The position numbers were made by a program, and so were the translations under genes. Shown here piece after piece: positions 1 to 12,280 of a stretch of 64,000 nt of DNA (position 1 is its first letter; each line of letters opens with the position of its first letter). The notes under the pieces are model-generated. The model had not been told where the DNA came from and did no database searches. It worked only from the letters and a program-made list of their open reading frames with translations. The stretch is taken from the NCBI GenBank assembly GCA_013265495.1, contig MU058198.1, positions 2,616,419 to 2,680,418 of the forward strand, given 5' to 3'. This stretch comes from Vicugna vicugna (Eukaryota).

Positions 1-927
1 GATGTAGGAGTCAAAAATTAGTTGTTTTCATTGTTGTTGTCATCGCTGTCATCATATCACCATCCTCTCTCTGGCAGTTTAATACTTTCCTCATTTGCAA
101 GATGAGAGGATTAGACGCCCCCCTCCCCCGCCCCAATCTACAGTTCTTTCCACCCTGACATTCTGTAATCCTGGGCTTCTGTGACTCTAAAGCTGGGTTT
201 GACTGATTTGAGAAGTGCGACAGCACACTTCCAATATTCAAATCATTCTATTCTCAGTCTGGAAGAAAACAGAAAAATATATCCAACTTAGAAACTAGGG
301 TATCTCTTTCCCTTTGTACCATTTTTAATTCCCATGGGTGGCAGTGAGATTTATCAACATGTTTGAAGAGGATATGAAAACCTAACATTTGCATGTATCA
401 TTTGCAGTCAGTTCCTCAACTTCAGCTCCCAATCAAACCCTTAAATGCATGTTTCTAGATTAACAGTCAGACCTGGCGGAGCTACAATAACAGATAGTTC
501 AGCTTAAAAACCAATATAAAGGAAAGAAAAAACTGTTATGGAAGCCAGAGGGATGAACAGAGAGATTGAAATCTTACAGCTATTCACTTTTCAGTGGTTA
601 ATACTGCCTAAAAGTGTTGGTATTAATTGTCTTGAGATCATTACAGATACGCCGGTCCAGTCATTCGAGGAAATATATTTTGGCTTATCACCTTGCAGGC
701 TGAGCTTGCATTTTTTTCCAGGTTCCAGTGGCAAGGACAATTTAATGTCGCATCTTCAAAGTCATTTTATTTGAATTGTAGTTTTGCGCTTTCATTTTAA
801 AATGGGCATGCCTGATGGTGGGGGAGCACAGATTGCTATGAGTCAATGAGTGAAACCTGACTGTGAAAACTTAATAAGAAAAGTTCAAAAGCTAACTTGA
901 GTCTCCATCTGCAAACATCTTCACCAG

Positions 928-1170
928 CTAAGAGTGGAAACTCTGGAGTCAGATTGCCTGGGTTTTAATCCTAGAACCATTATCCACTAGCTGTGTAACC
1001 TTGGCAGAGTTACTTACCCTCTCTGTGCCTCAGTTTCCTCATCTGTGACAAAGAGATAATATTAATATTTACTTCCTAGGGTTGTTGTGAGGATCAGATG
1101 AGACAGTATGTGTAAAATGGTCAACACAGTGTAGGCATACAGTAAGCATTCAATAAATATTATTATTATA
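928..1170 (+). mobile_element. MIR SINE
   Basis: Core sequence ctgtgtaaccttggcagagttacttaccctctctgtgcctcagtttcctcatctgt. Confidence 0.85.
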
Positions 1171-1419
1171 TTAAAAATTATCGTATAATTATTTTGGATA
1201 CACATTCACATTCAGTCAAAGATGTTTAAATCTAAACATGTTGCTACTGAAATTCCCTTATAGTACCTGTGAGCTTTGTAATCATTGAGGGAAACTTCAT
1301 GAAGATACCGACCGGTCCGATGTGCAAGTTCCTCTGAAGCCAATCCATCATGCGATGGCGGTAATCTGATGTCATTTCAAAAGAGTACATATTGCCTACA
1401 ATGTCTATAGATCACTCAG

Positions 1420-1760
1420 TCAGCTGTTCATTCATTCATTCATTTTTTTTCAAAAAGTACTTCCTGAACCCATGGGCCAGGCATTGTGCCAGGTGCCCGG
1501 GATAGAGTAGTAAACTAACTGGGTATGGTCATTGTCTTCGGAGATTCTGCTTGGTGATACAGATGAAAAAGTGAGCAATCAAGGGGAAGAATGTAAAACA
1601 TTGTGATAAGCGATAAGCAGAAAATGGACAAGGTGCTCATGGAAATAATGGGGAGGGAGGTTACTTGAGATGGGGGGAAATCTAAGAAGTCTTCTCTGAA
1701 GAGGTAGCATTTAAACAGACCTGAGGGATAGAAAGGCAACAGCTGTGTGAAAAGTGGAAT
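1420..1760 (-). mobile_element. L2 LINE 3' fragment
   Basis: (CATT)n followed by ccaggcattgtgccaggtgc. Confidence 0.7.
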
Positions 1761-2024
1761 CCCAGTGCAACATTTCACAATCTTTGCCATCATTTTCATT
1801 CGACACTGGAGTGATCCATGCTGTGCCATGGGATGGGCTACGATGAAAGGGAGATGGGAAGAGTCATTGTATCCCTGTGATCCTCATTTCCACTCCGGAG
1901 CTGTTCATCCTTGGATGTCTCTCCCCCGTCTTTGCCTCATGAGCTCTTGTCCTTCTGTAATCTTCTGCATCTGACCCCCTCAGCACTGAGGGTCCAGACT
2001 TGGATCCTTCCTTAGGTTCAACAT

Positions 2025-2520
2025 AGGTAGATCAGGGTTCATTTAATTATAAGTGACAGAGAACCTGACTCAAAATGGCTGGAGTAAAAAAGAAATTTAT
2101 TGACTCCCATAACAAAAGGTCAAGGGTGGAATTCAGGTATGGCTGGATCCAGGTGCTTCAACACTACGGTCAGGAATCCATCTCTCACCATTTTTTGATG
2201 CTGATTTCCTTTGTGTTTGACTTTGTTCAGAGACAGTTTCTTTCCATGTGGTGAGTTCTAGCAGATTCAGATGTTTATCCTTCTAAGGTCCAGTCCAGAG
2301 TAAAGGAAGCTCTTCTCTTCTAATTGTTTTAGCCAAAGTCCTGGTTGGATTTGACTGGATCACATGCCCAGTCAAGGGCCAATCACAGCAGCCAAGCTAA
2401 GAGATAACCTAACTGGCCAGAACTAGGCCATAGCATCACCCCTGGACCTCAGAATACAGTTAGCTCCAACTGAACCACATGAAGTAAGAATTTCAGAGAG
2501 ATGGTCCTCCAGGGAAAGGC
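2025..2520 (-). mobile_element. MLT1 (MaLR) LTR, old subfamily
   Basis: ataagtgacagagaacctgactcaaaatggct...ttcaggtatggctggatccagg. Confidence 0.65.
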
Positions 2521-3256
2521 ATGAACAGCAATGGCCACTATACTAGAATTACAGGGACCATACAGTGCACATCAGCCCCTTAAATCAAAGCTCATTGAAG
2601 AGATTCTTATGTGGTTTTTAAAACCAAAGCATTTGATGTCCAAATCTCCAGAATTGAACAGTGAGAAGCAAACCTATTTCTATAGGAACTTAGAGAAAAA
2701 AGAAATCATTCTGGCTGAGGTAGTCAGGGAAGACTTCATGAAGGTGATACTTGACTTGAACCCCCAAATAAAAGGATGGTTGGATTTTAACAGTTGGGAC
2801 TGCAGGAAGGGCATTTCAGATAGAGGTACTGATTTGAGCAAAGGCCCAAAGGCAGACCATTACAAAGTTTTGTCAGAAAGTTGAGGAAATCGATGCTGGA
2901 AAATTTGGATCCTGATGCAGAAGAACTTAAATGACCAAACTATCTGAAGGTCATGAGTGATTGAAGGAAATAAGCCAGCAGACACAGACACAGGGTACAG
3001 GTGTCTTTGATGTTGGTGAAGGACGTAAGAGCTTCATGGTCTAAAGACACCTCTGTAGATCAGAGGACACACTCAGTAGAAGCAGCACCTTCAGGAGGTT
3101 AACCTGGAAGAGTGGCTAGTATAGTTTGGAATGGGGAGTTCGTTCAGGGGAGTAGGGTGGGGGATCAGTCAGGAGGCCAGCTCCATTGTCCCCTCAAGCC
3201 CTGAGGTCTTGATCATCCCTGGATAGTTTATTTCCTATCCTTCCACATTTTTGTAG

Positions 3257-3399
3257 GCTAAATCCATTCTGCAAGGGTTCCTGGCGGATTCGGGCAGTAG
3301 TATCCAGGATCTGAAGAGTTTCCATTTAGTAGGACTTGGTGCAACCCTGTGTGCCATGAACATCACCGAAATCTCACTTATAAAGATCTCAGAATTCAG
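3257..3399 (+). CDS. OTOA: Otoancorin internal coding exon (5th from last); upstream exons lie outside the window
   Basis: Acceptor tttttgtag|GCT, donor TTCAG|gtaag. 143 nt, phase 0 to 2. Translates [47 protein letters not shown](R), recognised as otoancorin. Confidence 0.93.
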
Positions 3400-3527
3400 G
3401 TAAGCAAAACACTAGTGTGCAAGGTGGCCAATGATTGGTCCATTCGTTCATTCTTTCATTCAGCAAAATGTTCTCTACTTCCCGATGCTTTGCTACCTTT
3501 CTGGGCTAAAACAGGGAGTGAAGTTAG

Positions 3528-3857
<330 letters not shown>

Positions 3858-4241
3858 TGACCATGTCTAGAGTTACCATAGAAGCTAGATTTCGTGGCTT
3901 GAAGTTGCAGAGGGCGGGGTCTGCAGATCTGACTTCTAAGCAGGCTCTCTTGGTGACTCTTGTGTAGCTAAACTGGTTTAGAATGTTACTTAATTGGCTG
4001 AAAAATGGATTTATACACAATTTGAAATTTGTGTAAAGTGAAGCTCCTTCTGGGCATACATTTCCTTGTAGGAGACCAATCAAGGCTAATGTGACCCACT
4101 TATTTTTTTATTATTTTTTTGAGTTGATTAAGGAACCGGATTCTCCAGTGTGGTTTTCAGGGCCTTTTGTAAAGCAATGATGCTTGCCTAGAACACACGG
4201 ATGTGTACACCAGTGAGCACCACTAATAAGCGGGGTTCTGA

Positions 4242-4532
<291 letters not shown>

Positions 4533-4666
4533 TAAGATAATTTTAGGAGTCTTTGTTTTTTAAGTTTTTTCCTTCAGTTTTGAATGTAGCTTTTAATTGT
4601 GTCTATTTTTATGGTTTCCTTCTCTGCGTAGCCACTGGCTCTGATTTTCTATTTATGTTGGCATGA

Positions 4667-5005
4667 CAGGTTCATATTGCCTTATCCAAAACCCTTGGGG
4701 GCAGATGTATTTCAGAATTTGGAATTTTCCATATTTTAGAAAGCTCACTGTGCATCTACATGATTGTTACTGAACACCTTCAACAGGATCTGAGGAAGCA
4801 CCTTGTAAGCAAATGCATCAATATTTCCGTGAAAAAAATCTGTGACAAATCACACTAATTGGAATAAATAGAGACTATAAATGGTCTCACATCAGTTCAG
4901 GTCAGGTTCTGCTGGCAAATAAGTTTGTCTTTAACTTGGGGGAAAAACTTTCAGTTTTAGGCTCTTTTTGTACTTCAGAATTGCAGATGAGGGAATGTGG
5001 ACCTG
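4667..5005 (-). mobile_element. MER46C-like Tigger non-autonomous DNA transposon
   Basis: Termini CAGGT...ACCTG; end cagaattgcagatgagggaatgtggacctg. Confidence 0.7.
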
Positions 5006-5619
5006 TGTAACATCTCCTTTTAAAATAAATTTAAGTAAAAATATTTTAATTGATTTAAAGAAAAGTGTTAAGGAAGCCAAAATAGGACAGGTGATAAATG
5101 GCTATGGAAAAAATTGAAAGGGTTGAACTGGGTCAACTGAAGTTAGGGAGGCAGAGTATCCACCGAAAGGTCCTTGCTTCCTGTCCATGTATAAGGTTAG
5201 GAGAGGGTTTGATGGGGACAGTCTGCTCTGATGAGCAGTGACCCTGATGTTTTTGCTTGCTGGGTAACTTGGAAACACATTCTGCCCACCAGAACTGGAT
5301 AGGGCACCCACACAAGGCTAGACACACTCCCATGATGCCACATCATTGTTTCCTTTCAAGACATTTAGCAGACCTTGAACCACTCAGCACCCAGGACAGT
5401 TCCCAGCACAGATCAGGTGAGATAGCTGTTTAGGGGAAATTAGTAGAACTTCCCCTCTGGGGCAGGCAGATTGGTCCTGGATGCTAGCATGTTGCTGAGC
5501 ACTTTCTTCTGGTCTTGTTTGGAATGCACTTTGTAGCTTACCTGTTCCAGAAATTTCCTAGTGACCACCCACATCATGGTAGACTCCAAGCTAGGTTCAT
5601 CTGAGATGCGCTGATGAAG

Positions 5620-5950
5620 AGGTATAACACAGTGCCTTCAGGGGCTTGGAAGGTGACATAGAGGAGTGCAGTGGCCTGGGTAGGAACTGAGGTGAACTGG
5701 AGAGCCCTGTCGAAATAGAGAAGCCACTTCTTGTCTCTGGCACATTGATGCAGTGTAACAATGTGGGCCCAATATTGCTGGATCTTCCTTTTTTCTTTTT
5801 AATTTAAAAAAATTTAAAAAAAAGGTCCAGAAGCCTCATTTTCATGTGAAGTCTCCCAATAATTAAATGTTGGCAACCACTTTGGATTTATTTTTTAAAA
5901 TACGATGCAGTAGGCCTTGATATTCAATCTGGCCTGTTGGTTGTGAGGCA
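5620..5950 (+). mobile_element. MER102-like hAT-Charlie element
   Basis: gtgaactggagagc...gggcccaatattgctggatcttcc...tgtgaagtctccc...aatgttggcaac. Confidence 0.6.
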
Positions 5951-6714
5951 GCAACATTGGAAAAATAGATAATTTTTATAGTGCAGACTCTGTGTCAATG
6001 GTAGATACAAGGTGTAAGCCAAAAGAGTGCATCTGCAGTGTGTTTGTGTGGGGGGAAGAGGGTAAAAAGGGAGGAGGTGATGCTGAATTTTGCAGGACAG
6101 GTTAGCTAGATGGAGAGGGAGGAACAGTGTTCCAAGGCAAAATGAAATGCTGCCTCCTGGGGGCTGCAGCAATGGATGTCCATTCTCCAGGAGTGAGGTG
6201 TGCCAGTGGGGAGGATGCTAGAGGTGGGCAGGACCCAGAGCTTGGAAGGTCTCATTACCATGTTCAGGAGCTTGTGCTGTGTCCTTGGGGGCAGGGAAGG
6301 GTTCTAAGCAGGGGAATGACATGATTCCAGGGAAACATTTGCCTGGACAGAAAAGAAGAAGGTGAAAGAGAGAAGAGGAAAGGGTGAGGGAGCAGGACCC
6401 CCCCTTCTCAGAAGCTTTGGGGCTCTTAGAAAATAAGTAGGATGACTTTAAAGGCCCCTGCCATCCCATCTCATTCCAGATCCACTAGAACTAGTCACCA
6501 GGTCCTCTAAGCTAGAAGTGACTTCAGAAAACATCTTGTTCAGGATTCTGAGTGCATGGCAGAATTTCCCACTTTCTGTGTCCATGGCAGACATTACTAA
6601 TAGATTACCACACTTTCCCTTCACTGAGTCCTCACAGAACTTCTGTGACGTCAGGCAATCTTATCAAAGGATGGGAATCTGCATGGGAGATGAGTTCTCT
6701 GGGCCATCCCACAT

Positions 6715-6830
6715 CTAGTCCAAAAACTCAGAGAGGCTATGTGACTTGCCCAAGGTCACACAGCTAGTATATGGCAGAGCTGGGACACAGATTCAGGTCT
6801 TTGCCCTTTAGGTGTGTGTTTTCTCCTCCA
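6715..6830 (-). mobile_element. MIR SINE fragment
   Basis: gtgacttgcccaaggtcacacagctagt. Confidence 0.8.
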
Positions 6831-7119
6831 TGCCAATGTTTTTCAGAGGGGACTTGAAGCATTGGGGGGGTGTACCTTGCAATGTATTAAACAACATTAA
6901 GTCACACAGTGAGAAAATCATGACTTCCTTTTCAGCTTTTACTACTGATTATTTCAAGGAAGAAGTCTCAATTTGGAGCTAAAATGTCTTGGACACCTCT
7001 ATAGTACTTTTAAAATCCACCCCCATCCCTTTTATTTAAGGAGACCTCAGGTTCAGACACCATTGGCCAACAATAGCTAAAATTCAATAATGTTGTTTTA
7101 TTTCTTTGGGCATATTTTA

Positions 7120-7699
7120 TTTGTTTATTTATAAAAGAAACATTTTTGAAGAATGTGCATGTAAATTTATTTACCTTTATTGACGTACAGTCAATTTACA
7201 GTGCTGTGTTAATTTCTAGTGTACGGCATAGTGATTCATTTATACTCCTTTTCATATTCTTCTTCATTAGAGGCCATAACAAGGTATTGAATATAGTTCC
7301 CTGTGCTATACAGTAGGTCCTTGTTGTTTATCTATTTTGTACATCATAGTTGGTACCTACAAATACTGAACTCTCAATTTATCCCTCCACCCTCCCTTCC
7401 CCTCTGGTAACCATAAGTTTGTTTTCCTTGTCTGTGAGTCTGTTTCTGTTTCGTAAGCAAGTTAATTTGTGTCATTTTTAAAAGATCCTACATATAAGTG
7501 ATATCATACGGTGTTTTTCTTTCTCTTTCTGGCTTACTTCACTTAGAATGACCGTCTCCAGGTCCATCCATGTTGCTGCAAATGGCATTATTGTTTTTTA
7601 TGCCTGAGTAGTATTCCATTGTATGTATATGTGTATATACATGTGTATGTGTGTATACCCACCACAGCTTCTTTATCCAGTCATCTATAAATATTTGTG
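7120..7699 (-). mobile_element. 5'-truncated lineage-specific L1 with TSD
   Basis: L1 3' end sequence; TSD ttctttgggcatatttta (7102-7119) / ttcttttggcatatttta (7700-7717). Confidence 0.9.
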
Positions 7700-7859
7700 T
7701 TCTTTTGGCATATTTTAAAGGAGTACTTATTGCAAGTCATTCTGATCTTCCATTTTGGGAAATTTCCATGAAAAGTTTTCATTTTAAAATAAATTTGTTG
7801 TAGTAGTGAAAGAGTGATCTGATTTTAAGGAAAAATTCTGAAGAGGGGCACAAATTGTA

Positions 7860-8420
7860 CCTGGGTGCGGCAAAATTGTGCAGCCCTGGGCGGGTGCCCG
7901 AGTTTTGGGAAACCCGCGGAGGGGCGCCTCTGACGGCGTTGCCCTCTCTCTCCCCGGCAGGAGCTGTCCGCGGAGCAGATCGCCTCCTTGGGCCCCGAGA
8001 ACGCCGCGGCCGTGACCCCGGCCCAGCGCCGGCAGCTCAGCATGATGCAACTGCATAGCCTCCAACGGGCGCTAGATGGCGCCAAGACTCGCTCCTGGCT
8101 AGACGCGCCTCCGAGCGCCAGCCCCACCCGGACCCCCTCTTCTCTTTCTCCTCCAGGTGAGCCCACCACCCCGCCCCTCTGCTAATCCCCTTCCCGTCCC
8201 TAGGTCCGCCCTGCTTGACCTGGGGCGGGAAGTTTCCTAAAATTCAGGATGGGGTCTCTGGCAGTCATTGAGATTCTGCATTCAGAGAAAAATTCCTACC
8301 AAGCATATGTAAACGATTCTCAGTCCATCACTTTAAAGTCGCGGGGCGGGGCAGGGGGCGAGGGAGGGGAGGAGAGGGAGCTTAAAAAAAATAAAACAAA
8401 ACCCCGCCAGTTCCGCGGAC
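7860..8420. promoter_or_regulatory. Intragenic CpG island with GC boxes over the OTOA penultimate exon
   Basis: Dense CpG and high GC relative to the flanks; GGGGCGGGG at ~8222 and ~8343. Confidence 0.65.
7961..8156 (+). CDS. OTOA: Otoancorin penultimate coding exon
   Basis: Acceptor ctctctctccccggcag|GAG, donor CCAG|gtgag. 196 nt, phase 0 to 1. Translates [65 protein letters not shown]. Confidence 0.96.
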
Positions 8421-10009
8421 CCCATCCAGAACCCACTGAATCAGAATTTCTCAGGACTTGAAGTCCTTTCAGTGGTTCCTCTGCATCCTAAGTCCTTCTT
8501 ACTGTCCAGTATTGATTAGTAAACTAATATGAACTGGGCATCTCCTCTGTGCCAAGCCCTTGGTAGGGGCTGGGAATACAGAGGTGAGTAAGGCAGGTAG
8601 GGCTCTCTTGTAAATGAGCACGACGATTTCAAATCTGATAAACCAGGGAAGGAAGGCAGCAGAGGAAGGCGGTGGTGACTAAGGGCTGAGCTGAGATGGA
8701 GGAATCCAGGGGGTGGCTTTCCTTCCTTTTTTTCTCCCTTCCTGTCCCACTCTCCTCCACCCCCTCACTCTCTCACTTCTTCGTGATTCCTTCTATCTTT
8801 AGTGAGCACCGTCTTTGGGCTAAGCATGGTGCTAGGCTCCCGGGAGGCAGCTGTGAACAAGCCAGATGTGTCCTCTGTCCCTGCTGAGCTCCCAGTAGAG
8901 TGTGGGGGTGAGGGAAGCCGTCAGCACCCAGGCGACCATGAGGCAGTATGACAGGTGCTTGTGAGGCCATCACAGGTACCCAGAGAACACACGGGAGAGA
9001 CAGCTACCTACGCTTGGGGGAGCAGGGAGTGGCCGTGGTAACCTCCCGAAGACAGTGATTTCTAAGCTGCAGACCAAACTGGGGAGAAGATGGACCCAGC
9101 CAGGTGGAGAGTGTCGCAGGAAGAGGGGACAGCAGGTGGAAATACCCACAGAGCGAGGAGAGCTTGGTGCTTCGCTAAATTCTCCACCATAAACCTCTGC
9201 TTGACTTTTTTCTGACTCGAATATCTCCAGGTCTGCCCCAGCCTTCCTTGGGGATGGCAAATTGTGGGAGTCCCCATTTCTGCAGCCACAGGTGGCCAGA
9301 GGTGGCACTTGCAAACAGAAGCCATGCCCTTTGAGCCATGCCCTTTGATTTATTCTGATCATTTTCACACCTTTTCATTGAAATATGATACGCATACATT
9401 TAAAAGTTATTTTTAAATGTCACAGTGTTGTGTGTGTGTTATACAATGCACACAGCAGACAATGCACACGGTTCAGAACATGAAAGGTCTGAAAGGGTTT
9501 GCAGTGAAATGTCTTCAGTTCCCTTCCTCAGAGGCAACCGATGTTACCGGCTTGTGTATCCGTCCAGAGATATTCTATGCGCATCCATGATCTCTGCACT
9601 TTTACAAAAGCTTATTGTACACTTTGATCTGCGCCTTGCATGTTTCACCTGACGATATAACTTAGAGACAGTTCCGTATCCATGCATTGTTGGTTTTCTG
9701 GCTCCATACCGTATTTAACCAGATCTCTGAATAGGAACACCCAGTTCCGTTGTTACTATTTTTATTCTGTTACAAACAATGCTGCAGCAAATGGCCTTGT
9801 ATACTTTGCATCTGCTCAAGTGTATCTGCAGGGCAAACTCTTCCAAGTGGGACTGCAGAGTCAGAGGGTATGTGCAATTTTGATGGATGCACAGCCAGGC
9901 AGGAGAAGCCTAGATCCCTTCTCCCATTTGCCCCACAGGCCTGAGCCGGGAGGTGGGGTGGGTGGGGGTCGGGGGCTGACAGTTGGGTGAATCCTTTCTG
10001 TGGGCCAGG

Positions 10010-10200
10010 CTCTTAATCTCCTGTTTCCTAAATTTGTTTCCTTATCCGAATCACCTGGGAGTGATGCTTGTAAAACCAAGATTGCTGGGCCTGGTCCCAG
10101 ACTTGCTGAATCAGAATTTGCAGGGGGAGGATCTCAGAATTTGCATTTTTAACCATCTCCCCAGTTGACTCTTATGCTGAAGGCGTCTCTGGGACTCACT
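10010..10200. mobile_element. MER5A-like hAT element
   Basis: gaatcacctgggg...ctgaatcagaat...tgcatttttaac...ccccagttgactctt. Confidence 0.75.
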
Positions 10201-10400
10201 GATTCACACAGTCTTACTTAATTTGCCCCCTCCCCCCTCACAATCTGCGGGTCATTATTCCCATTTAGGAGATGAGCAAACCAAGGTTTGGTGAGATCTA
10301 GTGGGTGGTTCAGAGGGAGACGCTGGGGGCTGGCGTGAAGCGTCCATCCTCCGCTGGCTGCTAAGACCCCCTGTGCACGCTTGTCTTGTTTCCTTTTTAG

Positions 10401-10471
10401 GAGCCTCGGTCTCCCGGGGTCTGGGGCTGGGCTGCCTTCTGCTGGTTCTGATACCCAAGCTCGTGTGGTGA
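10401..10471 (+). CDS. OTOA: Otoancorin terminal coding exon (GPI-anchor signal)
   Basis: Acceptor tttcctttttag|GA. Translates (G)ASVSRGLGLGCLLLVLIPKLVW*, a hydrophobic tail resembling the human OTOA C-terminus as I recall it (...GLWLGCPLLVLMAKLLW). Confidence 0.92.
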
Positions 10472-10619
10472 GTGGTGTTTGTGCTTCTCCCTGGGACCCA
10501 AGGAGCTGGCCCAAGGGCGTGGAGATGGTGGGTGTCCCCTACCCTGACTCAAAGCCTGAACAGAGGCAGGAAGACTCGGGGGCCGTGGAACTGAAGAGGC
10601 ACCAAAAGGAAGAATAGTT

Positions 10620-10625
10620 ATTAAA
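10620..10625 (+). terminator. Candidate OTOA polyadenylation signal ATTAAA (alternative AATAAA at 10929-10934)
   Basis: First polyA-type hexamer downstream of the stop, ~150 nt away. Confidence 0.5.
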
Positions 10626-12029
10626 AATGCTCTTGCACATTCTTCCGCAGACTCATGTCCTCCTCAGAGGCATTCTCCGCCTCATTTCAGCCTCCCTTGT
10701 TCTCCGACTGGGAGACAGAGAAGCGGTGGGGAGGAAGGGTGTCTCTGTCAGTGGCACAAAGACCTTCCAGATGAGTTCCTGCCCTCTCTCCAGCGGGAGA
10801 GGCTGGAGAGCGGAGGGTGCAGGCCAAGGCACCGTTTTTTGCCAAGGCCTGATCTGGATTTTATTCTGGCTGAATTTCCCTTCCTCGGAGCTACCGGCTG
10901 CATTGGATTTCTCCGTCTTAGCTGCTGAAATAAATGATTCTCGCAACAGAAGCCGATACTCCTGCCTGATTGCTGGGACTAATTGATGTTTTGGTGGGCA
11001 TTGCATTGCTCAGAAATGAAAACATTTAACATGGCTCAACGTTAAATCAATTTTTAAATACATTTTCCAGATGCCTCCCATTTCTTTGGGAGTCAGCTGA
11101 ATGAATGGCTGTGGAAGTATCAGTTCAACTTTTAAAATACTCCTTTATTTTTTGATGGAGGTGGTGGCTCTTGTTTTGAGTTGCTCTGGGCTTTGGGGAT
11201 GGGTTGAAATAAAAGAAAATACATTGTGTAAGTTGTGATTGTGGCACAGCAGAGCAAACGTGGCCCACTCGCCCAGTCCTTTAAAGGCTGGAATGGAGTT
11301 AGCTCTGGAAATTCCCAGGATGCTCTTGGCCTTTGGCTCAGGAAGGGCTGCTTAGCCACCCCTTCTGTTTTCACACCTTCTCAGAGTCAATCATTAAAGT
11401 TTTGCACACCATCCCTGGGGTGGCAAGTTAGCATCCTGAGTACTTCTGTGGTGCCACCAGCACATCCTGTGTCCTCTTCCTAGTCGCACATCCACAGGAG
11501 ATGTCTCATCTGGAGACAAGAAGAAAAGCCTGCTTGAGTTTCCAAAAATCTCCGGTGTCCCATCAGAGGTGGATGGATCAAAAACAACATCATAGGTAGA
11601 TGTTGTAGAGACTGGTGTGTTTTCAGGTGTGATGTGGTTATTACAGAAAATTAAAAGACCAGGGTGCAGAGGGTGTGGCCCTGCGGGTGTTACTTGGGGT
11701 CTGATCTGGCTTTCTTTCATCCTGGCGGGGAAGTGGCAGCTAATGCTGCTTCTCAAGCACAGATCGTTTATCTTGTCACAAACCCTGGCCCCAGGTGAGA
11801 TGGGCCAGACCAGATGCTGGGAGAGGGACACCGGGTGAGAAGGTGTCTGCACAGGTTCCGATCAGAGAGGTCTTGGACATCGATCAGCATTCCCACTTTC
11901 TTCCAGCCTTGGATTACCCTGGCCAAAAGCAGTAACAGCTCTCCTTTGAGTCAGACTTCATGCTGCCAATGTCATGCAGGTCTGTGTGTCACTTCCCCGT
12001 CTTATTATTTGCTTTTGGTTTAATTCAAG

Positions 12030-12280
12030 GATTGGATGATGACGATAGCTCCTGTTCTGGAGGCTGACTCTTCATGCATCAGGCCCTGCTCTGAGGGCGT
12101 CACCTGTGTCATGAGTTAATGTCATCGTCATCACGACCCTGCCAGGCGGATGCTGTTGGTTTCCATTTTCCAGATGAGAGGACTGAGCCTGAGAGAGGTT
12201 AAGGAACCCGTGTCTAAGGCCTCTCAGATAGTGAGGGTTTGAATCCTGCCTGACTTTTTATTTTGCCCTGTGCTGCCTCC
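12030..12280 (-). mobile_element. MIR SINE
   Basis: ccattttccagatgagaggactgagcctgagagaggttaag. Confidence 0.75.

Noticed and set aside
538..774. ORF and possible acceptor (cattacag) in the OTOA intron
   Set aside because: The translation does not resemble otoancorin and there is no convincing donor. No further OTOA exon was recognised in 1-3256.
10627..10986. 119-aa ORF after the OTOA stop
   Set aside because: No recognisable homology. The true terminal exon is 10401-10471, and splicing into 10651 would create an immediate stop.
11484..11594. Exon-like segment (cttcctag|...|gtagat)
   Set aside because: Weak donor, no protein similarity and no partner exons; cannot be supported without RNA data.
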